This document shows positions 49,263 through 63,072 of a stretch of 64,000 bases of DNA, piece after piece. The number at the start of each line of letters is the position of its first letter. Position 1 is the first letter of the stretch. The notes under the pieces were generated by a model. That model was given only the letters and a program-made list of their open reading frames with translations. It ran no database searches and was not told where the DNA came from. The stretch comes from an uncultured Actinomycetes bacterium (GTDB lineage: Bacteria; Actinomycetota; Thermoleophilia; Gaiellales; Gaiellaceae), in contig CAVRVP010000002.1 in assembly GCA_963724675.1 (NCBI GenBank), positions 340,776-404,775 on the forward strand. The letters run 5' to 3'. Position numbers and translations under genes: made by a program.

Positions 49263-50206
49263 GCTCGAGCGCATCCGGCAGCTTGCTGCCGCCCTTGATC
49301 GCAACATCGAGCTCCGCGAGGCGGACGGTCGCGCTCCGGAGCGCGTCGGCATCCCAGTTCTCGACCTGGCCGAAGGCCTTCCTCACGGGAAACTCGCTGC
49401 GGCGGCCGAGCCGCTTCGCCGCTTCGGCCGACCGGACGCCCTCGGCGGCGAACCTCCCGCACGCGGAGACGAGCGCGGCCTGGTCGGCGAGTGCCCAGGC
49501 GATCCCCGACGGCGTCGAGCCCCGGCGCAGCATCCGCTCGGCAGCGGTGAGCACGGCCGGCACGTCGCGCGCGCCCCACGCGTCGGTCAGCGTCCACGGC
49601 TTCACCGGCCCGCGCGGCATGACCATCTCCTCGACGTGGTCGGCCGTGATCGCCTCCCCCTGCGCCCAGGCGGCCAGCTTCTCCACTTCCAGCCGCAGCT
49701 CGTCCGTCGACTCGCCGACGAGCTCGAGGAGAAGCTGGCGCGCTTCGAGAGTCTGCCGTGACGCCGAGGTCCGTGAATTGCGTCGCAAGCCACGCGGCGA
49801 GCTTCGGCGCCTCGTAGACGAGGACGTCGCCCGCCTTTGCACACGCCTTTCCGAGCGTCGAGTCCTTCTTGAGACCTTCGGCGACGAGGGCGAGGACGGT
49901 GTCGGGCGCAGGCGCGGCGAGGTACGCAACGACGGCGTTCACGTCGGCCGCCTTCCAGCCGCCGACCATGCGGTCGTCGCGGTTCCGGTGACCGTCGACC
50001 TCCGTCACGAGCACGAGGCGTCCGCCGGCGGCGAAGAGACCGAGCGCGTTGCACGCGGCGACGACCTCCTCCCCGCTCGCCTCCTCGGCCGAAAGGTGCT
50101 CCGTGCCCTCCGCGTCGAACCGCGCCCGGAGCCGCTCGATCGTCCGCTGGATCTTCGGCCGGTCGCCGCCCGTGATCAGGTACACGGGCTTCAAGGCGTC
50201 GGCCAT
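49216..50206 (-). CDS. holA: DNA polymerase III delta subunit; frame broken near 49753
   Basis: The N-terminus is in track ORF 49019..50206 (PVYLITGGD..LFAAGRLVLV). The C-terminus is in ORF 49216..49929 (LLLELVGESTDELRLEVEKL). Confidence 0.7.
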
Positions 50207-50286
50207 GGCCGTAGCCTAGTGCTCGGTCGCGACGGTGATGCGATCCCCGTCCGACACAGGCTCGCCTCCTTCCGTACGCTCTCTCG

Positions 50287-51315
50287 ATGCCACTAGGGTC
50301 GGACCCCGGAACCATCGAGCGATCCGACGAGCTCTGCTCGATCACCAGCCGGCTCTGGGCCGCCTGGACGCGCGGCGACGTCGATGCGGTGGTGGGTCGC
50401 TTTTCGTTTCAAGACGGCGTGAGTCGCTTCGGGACGGCCCCTTTCGAGTTCCTCCATGACCCAAGCCAGCTCGAGCGCTACACGAGAGCAGAGTTCGACG
50501 ACTTCGGCGGAGGATGGCCACTCGGTGCGGCTGAGGTCGACGCGTGGGTTGACGGCACCGTCGGGTGGTCGATCGTGCGCTCACAGGTAGTCGCGGACGT
50601 TCCGGAAGGCTCGCAGCCGCTTCGCTGTACCTTCGTCTTCCATCTCGAACAGGACGAGTGGAAGGTCGTTCATCAGCACTGGTCGATCGGGGTTCCGAAC
50701 GAGCCGGTCTTCGGAATTCGCGGGCCGCTCGAGGAGCTCGCCGTGGCTGTGCAGGAGGAGCGGCCGGATCTGACGGCCTCAGCGGCGCCTGACGGAACGC
50801 TGACCATCGCGTTTACCGATATCGAGGACTCCACGAGGCTAAACGCCTCGTTCGGCGACCGCGCGTGGCTCGACGTGCTTCGCGCGCACAACGAAATCGT
50901 TACTCGGCTGACCGCCGACCACGGCGGAACGATCGTGAAGGGAAGCGGGGACGGGTTCATGCTCGCCTTCCCTTCGTCCCGTCGAGGCCTCTCGTGTGCG
51001 CAGTCCATCGAGAAGGAGATGGGTGACGCCTTCAACGATCCCGGATCGCCTATCAAGGTGCGAATCGGCATCCACGTCGGAGAGGTGGTTCACGAGTCGA
51101 ACGACTTCTTCGGCCACGCGGTCAACTACGCCTCGCGAGTCACGAGCGCTGCACGCGGTGGAGAAGTCTTGGTCTCCGCCCTCGTCCACGATCTCGCGAT
51201 GCCGACGGGCGAGTTTGCGTTTGCCGAGTCGCGGCAGATCGACCTGAAGGGGATCGACGGTCAGCAGACCGTGTATCGGCTGGCTCTCCCGGAACGAAGC
51301 GGCCGATCGTGGTGA
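50287..51315 (+). CDS. Class III adenylate/guanylate cyclase with N-terminal NTF2/SnoaL-like domain
   Basis: Intact track ORF of 342 aa. Cyclase core: LTIAFTDIEDSTRL..GGTIVKGSGDGFMLAF..RIGIHVGEV..GHAVNYASRV. Confidence 0.8.
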   Translation: MPLGSDPGTIERSDELCSITSRLWAAWTRGDVDAVVGRFSFQDGVSRFGTAPFEFLHDPSQLERYTRAEFDDFGGGWPLGAAEVDAWVDGTVGWSIVRSQVVADVPEGSQPLRCTFVFHLEQDEWKVVHQHWSIGVPNEPVFGIRGPLEELAVAVQEERPDLTASAAPDGTLTIAFTDIEDSTRLNASFGDRAWLDVLRAHNEIVTRLTADHGGTIVKGSGDGFMLAFPSSRRGLSCAQSIEKEMGDAFNDPGSPIKVRIGIHVGEVVHESNDFFGHAVNYASRVTSAARGGEVLVSALVHDLAMPTGEFAFAESRQIDLKGIDGQQTVYRLALPERSGRSW

Positions 51316-51348
51316 TCGGACTCGTCGGCGCTCGGTGGCTCCGCGGGC

Positions 51349-53586
51349 CTAGTGGTCCGTCGCCACGGTGATACGCCGCCCGTCCGACTCGACCGTGACG
51401 GCGCCGTCCTCGTCCGTCCGGTAGACGGCGAGCTCGGGGCGCGCTGCGAGTGCTGCGAGGGTCTCGGGCGTTGGATGGCCGTACGTGTTCCCCTCGCCGA
51501 CCGAGACGACGGCAACTCTCGGTCGCGTGACGTCGAGCAGCTCGGGAAGCAATGCGTCGGCGGACCCGTGATGGGCAACCTTGAGGATCTCGACCGGCGG
51601 AGGGTGCGCCCGCAGGAGGACCTCGCTCTCTGCGTCCGCCGTGAAGAGCGCGTCGGTCTGGCCGTATGAGACGAGCAGGACGGTCGCGTTCAGGTTCGGG
51701 TCCTCGCTCGCGAGGCCGGGGCCGTCGGGCCACAGCACACGGACTCGCAGCCGACCGATGGCGGTAGATGACACCGGCGACGTGCCGTGTCGACAGGAAT
51801 CTGACGCGCACGAACCACGCAGAGGGTCGGCACGTTCCTCCGGCCCGCGATCGCGCAAGCCTCGGGTCGAGCACTCGATCGACGCGGACGTCACTCACGA
51901 CGTCGGCGCGCCTCCGATGTGGTCGCGCTGCGGGTGCGTGAGCACGACGATCGACAGGTGCCGGACGCCGAGCCGCCGCAGCTGCGCGCTCACGTCGGCC
52001 TCGGGTGGGCCCTGGTCGACGAGGATCGCGCCGTCCCTGGTCTCGACGAGTGCCGCGTCTCCCTGCCCGACATCGAGAAACGTGATCCGCAGCCCGGCGG
52101 GTGGCGGCCGGTGCGCGGCGTGCCTGTCGCGCGCCAGCCGACGGCGATCGCGAGCGCGAGCATCGCGTACAGCGCAATTCGTCCGGACACGAGCCGCCGC
52201 CGGCGAGACACGACGAGTGCAAGCACGCCCGCCGCGATGAGGATGGCACGGAGCCGGGGAAAGTTGGGCATGCGGAAGGTGCGCGACGAAACGCGCGCAC
52301 GCCGTGAGGTATCCAGCGAGCCAGCCGTCGAGCCAGACGAGGAGAGACGCGGCGTCGGCATCGAGAGGTCGCAGCGCTGTCGCCATCAGACCGAGCCCGA
52401 GCAGCGGCGCGACGACCGGGGCGGCGATCGCATTTGCGACAACCGAGTAGGCGGGCACGGAGCCGAACTGCAGGAGGACGATCGGCGCCGTCACGACGCC
52501 GCACGCAGTCGACACCGCGACGACAGCGGCCAGGGGACGCGGCACGGGATACCCCTCGAGTCGGCGCATCAGCGGCTGAACCGCAAGGAAGATGGCGGCA
52601 ACGGCCGCGAACGAGAGCTGGAAGCCCGGATCGAGGAGGCTGTACGGGCTCCAGGCGAGCAGCACGAGCGCTCCGAGCAGGAGGAACCACCAACGATCCG
52701 GCGCGCGCGCAGTGATCCAGGCGAGCGACGCGAGGGCGCCCGCCACTCCCGCTCGGACGACGGACGGCTGCGTGCCGACCGCGAGCACATACGCGCCGAT
52801 GGCGGCGAGCGCTCCACACTCGGCCGCGAGGCGGGGGATCCCGATCAGCCAGGCGACGAGAAGCACGCCGCCCGCGACGAGAGCAACGTTCGACCCCGAT
52901 ACGGCCAGGAGGTGATAGAGCCCCGACGCGCGGAACGCGTCCCTCAGGTCTCGATCGAGGCCTTCGTCCTCGCCGAGCACGACCCCGAGCAGCACCGCGC
53001 GACGTTCGCCGGAGACACCGGAAGACAGCGTCGCGACCATGGACGCGCGCAGGCGATCCACGTAGCCCAGCAGGCCGCCGCGACGACCCACGACGCGCCA
53101 GTCGCGACCGTCGAGAACGGCATGCACGCCGTGTCGCCGGAGCCACGTGCGCTCGTCCCAGCCGCTGTCCGGGCCGCGCGGCTCTGACAGCTTCCCGGTG
53201 AGCTCGAGGAGGGCACCCTGAGGAGGGGCTCGTCCGAGCGGCAGCTCGAGCAGGACCTCGTCGCGGGCTCGACGCGCGCCAAACCGTTCGATGCGAGCGG
53301 GGACTCGCAGCGCGAACGGCGTGCGTCGCGTGGGACCCGTGACGACCACGCGGGCACGAGCCACACGGCCCATGTCTCCGGCCAGCGGCTCCCGGTCGAT
53401 CGCGTCGAGACGCCAGCTGCCGAGCACGCAGCCTGCGACGAGCAGGCCGGCGCAGAGACATGGAAGGCGTGCCCGCGGGTAGACGACGGCGACGACGAAG
53501 AGCACGACGCCTCCGGCGAGCACGCTCTCGCTGACGCGGACGGCATTGGCGGCAGCCAGTCCGGCACACAGCGCGGCCAGCAACAC
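51349..53586 (-). CDS. comEC: DNA internalization competence protein ComEC/Rec2 (membrane domain + MBL domain); at least 4 frame breaks (near 52272, 52127, 51905 and within 51780-51850)
   Basis: Track ORF 51895..53586 gives the membrane part (SGLYHLLAVSGSNVAL) and the MBL start (ITFLDVGQGDAALV..LTHPQRDHIGG). ORF 51349..51894 gives the C-terminus (VAHHGS..VVSVGEGNTYGHP). Confidence 0.75.
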
Positions 53587-53616
53587 GTGCCGACCGTGAG
53601 ACGCTGAGCAACGCCG

Positions 53617-54202
53617 TCACGGCACGACGAGGTCGCGCAGCGTCTCGATGCGCGCGGGGCCGATGCCGGGGACGGAGTCGAGCTCGTCGACGGAGCGGAA
53701 CGCGCCGTGCGCGGTCCGGTAGTCGAGGATCTTCTGGGCGGTGATCGGGCCGACACCGGGCAGGGTGTCGAGATCCTCGAGCGTCGCAGCGCTGAGGCTT
53801 ACAGGGCCGGCCGGCGTCGTGGTCGCGCCACCACTAGGCGAGCCCGCCACCGCGCTCTGGCGCGGAACGAGAACCTGCTGGCCGTCCGCGAGCGGCGCTG
53901 CGAGGTTCAGCGCCTCGACAGACGCCTTCCGCGTCGTGCCGCCGGCGCGTGCGAGCGCATCCGCGACCCGCGCGCCGTCCGCGAGGCGATAGAGACCCGG
54001 ACGTCGCACCGCTCCGGCGACGTGCACGACGAGCTTCGGCCCGGGCCGCGGGTGCCGCACGGAGGCGCACCGGTGCGGCAGATCGCCCGTCGCCCTCCGG
54101 CCGCGCCGAGTGTCCGAGCCATCGAGCGGCCAGGAGCAGGAGAACAGCGAGCGCGAGGGCGACTGTGATCGCCTGGCGCCGCGTGATCGGCAACGACGTC
54201 AC
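53617..54202 (-). CDS. comEA: Competence protein ComEA (TM anchor, SLBB, helix-hairpin-helix); frame broken near 54062
   Basis: The GTG at 54202 opens the TM segment ITVALALAVLLLLAA (track ORF 53834..54202). The rest is in ORF 53617..54060 (VVHVAGAVRRPGLYRL; LPGVGPITAQKILDYR). Confidence 0.75.
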
Positions 54203-54221
54203 GTTGTCTACTGTGACAACG
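54202..54221. promoter_or_regulatory. Palindrome CGTTGTC-N6-GACAACG abutting the comEA start, inside a locally AT-rich spacer
   Basis: 7-bp perfect arms. The octamer TGTCTACT recurs about 54 nt away (about 54260). Confidence 0.25.
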
Positions 54222-54266
54222 AATGTGTTACATGACTGTGCCGGCTACGTGCCGATTGTGTGTCTA

Positions 54267-56673
<2,407 letters not shown>

Positions 56674-56691
56674 CAACCGTCCTCCGGATAC

Positions 56692-56716
56692 AAAAAAGCC
56701 TCTCGTCTGAGAGGCC
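56692..56716 (-). terminator. Intrinsic-terminator-like hairpin with U6 inside the leuS 5' leader
   Basis: The minus strand reads GCCTCTC-AGAC-GAGAGGC-TTTTTT, ending 18 nt before the leuS ATG. The neighbouring gene upstream is divergent. Confidence 0.5.
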
Positions 56717-56719
56717 GTG

Positions 56720-56791
56720 GGAGACTGCCGCGGCGGGGCCGCGTTGTCTCCTGAGCTATGCGAGAAGCTGCCGCATGTCGGCGCGATTGTA
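56720..56791 (-). promoter_or_regulatory. leuS leader: -10 TACAAT (56791-56786), mini-ORF ATG CGG CAG CTT CTC GCA TAG (56776-56756, MRQLLA), GC-rich hairpin (56751-56720)
   Basis: All elements were read directly on the minus strand. Hairpin arms are GGAGAC/GTCTCC with an inner CGCGGC-CCC-GCCGCG. Confidence 0.35.
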
Positions 56792-56812
56792 ACGCCTGCT
56801 AGCGTCGAAGTC

Positions 56813-57178
56813 ATGCGCCTCGTGGATTTTCGACCCGATCGTGCCTGGAGCGTCGACGTCTTCGGCAGCGTAGGTTTGACGCAGGCGCCAATCACGGCGC
56901 CGCTCGCCTTCGGTGGGGTGTTTCAGGCGGCATGCTTCCGCCTCGAGCCGGGTGGCCGTATGGGTCGCCACCCAGCGACCCATCCACACCTGTTCGCGGT
57001 AGTCGAAGGCAAGGGTTGGGTCAGCGGCGCCAACGCTGAGCCCCACACGATCGGTGCGGGCGAGGCCGTCTTCTGGGACGCTGACGAGGACCACGAGATA
57101 TGGACGGACGACGGCCTCACCATGATCGTCATCGAGGCCGGCGACGTTCTGCCCTATGAGCCTCGACCTCTTTCCTGA
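56813..57178 (+). CDS. Cupin domain protein
   Basis: Met33 of track ORF 56717..57178. Contains GRMGRHPATHPHLFAVVEGKGWV..GEAVFW. The upstream part of the ORF would cover the leuS leader. Confidence 0.6.
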   Translation: MRLVDFRPDRAWSVDVFGSVGLTQAPITAPLAFGGVFQAACFRLEPGGRMGRHPATHPHLFAVVEGKGWVSGANAEPHTIGAGEAVFWDADEDHEIWTDDGLTMIVIEAGDVLPYEPRPLS

Positions 57179-58439
57179 CACCGCGGCGGTCGCCGACGGC
57201 GAGCTCGTCGTCGGCGGCCTGATGGCATCGTCGCTCGCGGACATCCACGGCACGCCGCTCGTCGTCTACTGCGACGAGACCCTTCGGGCGCGGGCGCGGG
57301 CGTACTTCGCAGCGGCACCGTCGGCGCGCGTGCTGTACAGCGTGAAGGCGTTCCCCAACGTCGCTCTGCTGCGGCTCTTCGCCGAGGAGGGACTCGGCGC
57401 CGAGGCTTCGACCCTCGGCGAGCTTGCGTACGCCCGCGCCGCGGGCATCCTCGGCAGCAGCATCGTCCTCGACGGCAACAACAAGTCCGACGAGGAGCTG
57501 GCTGCGGCCGCCGAAGCGGGATGCCTCGTCGTGCTCGACGCGCCCGACGACGCCGAGCGCGCGGCCGCAGCCGGAGTGCGCCAGGCGCTCGTGCGCGTCA
57601 CGCCGGGGATCGACGCGGACACACACTGGGCGATCCAGACGGGCCACCGCGGGTCGAAGTTCGGCCTCACCCCCGAGCAGGCGATCGACGCGATCCGGCG
57701 CAGCCTCGACCTCGGCCTCGACGTCGAAGGTCTGCACGTCCACATCGGGTCACAACTCCTCGACCTCGGCGCCGAGCGGATGACGATCGACTGGCTGGCG
57801 GCGTTCGCCGCCGACTGCCGCGCGACGCTCGGCTGGACGCCTGCCGTCGTCGACCTCGGCGGCGGCCTCGGCATCCGCTACACCGCCGACGACGCCTCGC
57901 TCGACGCTCCGCGATTCGTGACGGCGCTGCTCGAGCGGCTCGCCCACGCGTGGGCGCTCCACGACCTCCCCGCTCCCCAGGTGGTGATCGAGCCCGGCCG
58001 TTCCCTCGTCGGCCAGGCGGGGGTCACGCTCTATCGCGTAGGCGCGGTCAAGCAGGCGAGCGAGAGCGTCACGTACGTCGCCGTCGACGGGGGCATGTCG
58101 GACAATCCGCGGCCGCAGCTCTACGGCGCGCGGCACACGGCGCTCCTCGCGAGCCGGGCCTCCGAGAAGCCCGCCGGGACGTTCGCCATCTGCGGCAAGC
58201 ACTGCGAGTCGGCCGACGTGATGATCGAGCGCGCGGCGTTACCCGAGCCTCGGCGCGGAGATGTCCTCGCCGTCGCGGCAACGGGCGCGTACACGCTCGG
58301 CATGAGCTCGAACTACAACGCCGTGCCGCGCCCGGCCGCTGTGCTCGCCTCGAACGGTGAGGCCCGCGTCATCCGCCGCCGCGAGACGGTCGACGACCTT
58401 CTCCGCCGTCGAGCTGTAGGCGCTACACCCCTCGTATGA
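57156..58439 (+). CDS. lysA: Diaminopimelate decarboxylase
   Basis: Intact track ORF of 427 aa. Motifs: YSVKAFPN (PLP Lys), GSKFG, HVHIGSQ, DLGGGLG, CGKHCESAD. Confidence 0.9.
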   Translation: MSLDLFPDTAAVADGELVVGGLMASSLADIHGTPLVVYCDETLRARARAYFAAAPSARVLYSVKAFPNVALLRLFAEEGLGAEASTLGELAYARAAGILGSSIVLDGNNKSDEELAAAAEAGCLVVLDAPDDAERAAAAGVRQALVRVTPGIDADTHWAIQTGHRGSKFGLTPEQAIDAIRRSLDLGLDVEGLHVHIGSQLLDLGAERMTIDWLAAFAADCRATLGWTPAVVDLGGGLGIRYTADDASLDAPRFVTALLERLAHAWALHDLPAPQVVIEPGRSLVGQAGVTLYRVGAVKQASESVTYVAVDGGMSDNPRPQLYGARHTALLASRASEKPAGTFAICGKHCESADVMIERAALPEPRRGDVLAVAATGAYTLGMSSNYNAVPRPAAVLASNGEARVIRRRETVDDLLRRRAVGATPLV

Positions 58440-58467
58440 TCGGAGAAACGACCGGAAGGAAGACTCC

Positions 58468-58887
58468 ATGGATCCTGCAGCGCTGATGCGCAAGGCCTAC
58501 GAGCTCATCAACGCCCATGACATCGACGCGTTCGGCGACATGCTGAGCGACGACTTCGTCGAGCACGAGGCGCTCGAGGGGTTCGCGCCGACGAAGGAAG
58601 GCGTGAAGGAGTTCTTCACGGCGAACATCGCGGCGTTCTCCGACCTGCGCTTCGAGATCGAGGACACGTTTGCGGGCGGCGACAAGGGTGTTGGGCGGTT
58701 TCGGATGGTCGGCACGAACGATGGCGCCTTCATGGGCATGCCGGCCACGGGTAAGCGCGTGGACGTGCCGGGCATCGACATCGTCCGCTTCGGCGAGGAC
58801 GGGCTCGGTGTCGAGCACTGGGGCGCCTTCGACACGATGGCGATGATGCAGCAGCTCGGGCTGGCGCCCGACGCGCCGACCGCATAG
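58468..58887 (+). CDS. SnoaL-like ester cyclase family protein
   Basis: Intact track ORF of 139 aa. Motifs: DDFVEHE, GTNDGAFMGMPATGKRVDVPGIDIVRF. Confidence 0.7.
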   Translation: MDPAALMRKAYELINAHDIDAFGDMLSDDFVEHEALEGFAPTKEGVKEFFTANIAAFSDLRFEIEDTFAGGDKGVGRFRMVGTNDGAFMGMPATGKRVDVPGIDIVRFGEDGLGVEHWGAFDTMAMMQQLGLAPDAPTA

Positions 58888-58896
58888 ACGACGAAG

Positions 58897-58923
58897 GCCG
58901 GCGCCGCGCGAGGCGGCGCCGGC
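58897..58923. terminator. 11-bp perfect GC hairpin between convergent genes
   Basis: GCCGGCGCCGC-gcgag-GCGGCGCCGGC. No T-run, as is common for high-GC bidirectional terminators. Confidence 0.45.
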
Positions 58924-58936
58924 TCGTCGGTCGCTA

Positions 58937-60056
58937 CTAGAAGTCGAGACCCACCTGGACGAGCCTGTAGCCGGCGATGCCGGCGAGCTCGGGGTCGCCC
59001 TTGCGGTACGCCTTGACGAAGAACTGCAGGTTCTGGAACGGCTTCATGTGCTTCATGTCGGCGGTGGGAGGCATCGAGTACTGCACCCAGCCCTCGGTGT
59101 TCGTGGACGCGTTGTCGCCACCGTCCACCACACGAGGCGTCGCCCGGATGAACACGATCGCGCCGCGCACGACGTACCCTTGCGTGCTCCTTCACCTTGA
59201 TCTGCGCAAGCACGTGCTGCGTCGTCGAGATCAGCGGGTTCGGCGAGAACTTCACCTGGTCGACGATCAGCCTCTCTCCCTTGGGGATGTCTTTGACGTC
59301 GATGGACTTGGAGCCGTCAGGGAGGACGATGATGCCGCTGTTCGCGTCCTGGACGACGGCGGTCTGCGGCGAGTAGGCGTCGCTCTGGCCACGCGCGTTC
59401 TTGGCGATCACGCGCGTGCGGAGCGTCTTGCCGAAGTCGGCCTGCTTCAGCGTGTACGACGCCTGCGTCGCGCCGTCGATCACCTTGCAGGCGTTCCCCG
59501 CCTTGTCGCAGCGCAGCCACTTGTACGTGTACGTGATCGGCTGGTCGCCGGTCCAGGTGCCGGTGGTGGTCTTGAGCGCCTGACCGACGAGCGCGCTGCC
59601 GCTGATCACCGGCGGGAATGTCGAGGCCGGCTTGTCGTCCGGCTGCACCACGACGGACGTCGGTCCCGACGTGGCAGTGGTCGAGCCTCCGCTGTTCTTT
59701 GCCTTGACACGGAAGCGGATGCGCTTGCCCAGATCGTCCGAGCGCACCGTGTACGTCACATCCGTCTCGCCGCCGATGTTCCGGCAGGTCGCCGACGAGG
59801 AGTCGCCGGCGGGATCCTTCTTGCACTGGAGCCACTGGTACGCGTACGTGATGTCCTTCGTGCCCTGCCAGAGCCCGCGATTGCCGTACAGCTCACCGCC
59901 GACGACGGCCGGCCCCGAGATCGTGGGCTCGGAGACGACCGTCGGCGCGGCGAGCGAGCGGGCCGAGCCGTTCGCGACACCGAGGAGCGCTATCCCCGCG
60001 ACAGCCACCAGCGCCAGAGTCGAGGTCCGGACGCGTCCGGATCTGAGGATGTTCAC
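58937..60056 (-). CDS. Secreted protein with two ~85-aa Ig-like repeats; frame broken near 59175
   Basis: Signal peptide MNILRSGRVRTSTLALVAVAGIALLGVANG. Repeats of the form P.ISG.A.VG..L....G.W.G...ITY.Y.W..C. The C-terminus is in track ORF 58937..59170. Confidence 0.55.
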
Positions 60057-60091
60057 GAGAGACCCCCCTGTCTATCGATGGCGACGAGTCT

Positions 60092-62049
<1,958 letters not shown>

Positions 62050-62079
62050 GCCGTCACGCTAGCCGTATAGGGTTGCGCC

Positions 62080-62472
62080 ATGGCCGTCGTTCGCAGGATC
62101 TTCACGTGGATCCACTTCATCGCCGCGTCGCTCGTCGTCGTCGGCGTGTTCGTCCAGGTGTACCTCGCCGGCGCCGTGCTGTTCGACGCCACGGACATCT
62201 CGAATCACCAGGACGTCGGCTGGTTGGTCCACGACCTCGAGCTGCTCGTCTTCGTCGCCAGCCTCATCGCGTGGCTGCCGAAGGTCGACATCGCGTGGAG
62301 CGTCGCTCTCGCTGCGGTAGGCACCGGCCAGGTCGCGCTGACGGCGGCCGACGAGTGGGTCGGAGCCCTTCACCCGATGTTCGCGCTCGTCGTGCTCGCG
62401 ATCGCGGCGGTGATCGTCCATCGCGATCTCCGCACCCTCGGGCTCATGCGCAAGCCCGCAGCCGCGCAGTAG
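62080..62472 (+). CDS. Small integral membrane protein (4 TM, DUF6220-like)
   Basis: Intact track ORF of 130 aa with four hydrophobic segments. Confidence 0.5.
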   Translation: MAVVRRIFTWIHFIAASLVVVGVFVQVYLAGAVLFDATDISNHQDVGWLVHDLELLVFVASLIAWLPKVDIAWSVALAAVGTGQVALTAADEWVGALHPMFALVVLAIAAVIVHRDLRTLGLMRKPAAAQ

Positions 62473-62475
62473 CCG

Positions 62476-63072
62476 TCAGTCGACGGTTCCGCGACGGCGC
62501 AGCCAGCGCACGAGCTCGACGCCGCCCGCGACGGCGAACGCGAGCGAGAGAGCGACGATCAGCCCCTTCCACGGTGCGTCCTCGAACCGCTTGCCGCCGA
62601 CGTAGCCGAGGAGCGCGGCGTACGAGGCCCAGATGCTGACGGCAATCGCGTCGTACGTCGCGAAGCGGTGCCACGGCATCTTCAGGCCGCCGGCCGAGAG
62701 CGTCACCACGGTTCGACCGCCGGGGATGAAGCGCGCGACGACGATGATCTCCCCTCCACGCTCGTCGAGCTGGCGATCGGCCCAGTCGAGCCGCTGCTTC
62801 GACTTCTGGGAACGGAAGAAGCGGCGCTTGATCGGCTCGCCGTAGTGGCGCCCGATGAGGTAGGCGGTGTTGTCTCCGAGAAACGCCCCCGTCGCAGCGA
62901 ACAGGATGATGAGCGGCAGGCTCATGTCTCCCGTCGACGAGAGCACGCCGGCCGTGACGACGAGCGTCTCGCTCGGGACGATCGGGATGATGGCGTCGAG
63001 GTAGGAGACGACGAAGAGAACGAGGTACGACCACCACGCGCCCGAGACGAGCTCTGTCAGCCGGTCGAACAT
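62476..63072 (-). CDS. DedA family membrane protein
   Basis: Intact track ORF of 198 aa. Motifs: PIVPSETLVVTAGVL, GDNTAYLIGR, ARFIPGGRT. Confidence 0.8.
   Translation of the reverse strand: MFDRLTELVSGAWWSYLVLFVVSYLDAIIPIVPSETLVVTAGVLSSTGDMSLPLIILFAATGAFLGDNTAYLIGRHYGEPIKRRFFRSQKSKQRLDWADRQLDERGGEIIVVARFIPGGRTVVTLSAGGLKMPWHRFATYDAIAVSIWASYAALLGYVGGKRFEDAPWKGLIVALSLAFAVAGGVELVRWLRRRGTVD

Noticed and set aside
51140-53620. 826-aa ORF 51140..53620(-) and other 300-450-aa Arg-rich ORFs across comEC, leuS, yyaL
   Set aside because: These are alternative frames of comEC and its neighbours. Only short pieces of them are used where the real gene shifts frame. As whole proteins they are low-complexity Arg/Pro/Ala strings.
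56674-56812. T-box riboswitch upstream of leuS
   Set aside because: The available leader is at most ~105-139 nt, too short for stem I plus an antiterminator. I found no T-box consensus (AGGGUGGUACCGCG-like) on the minus strand. A peptide/terminator attenuator fits better.
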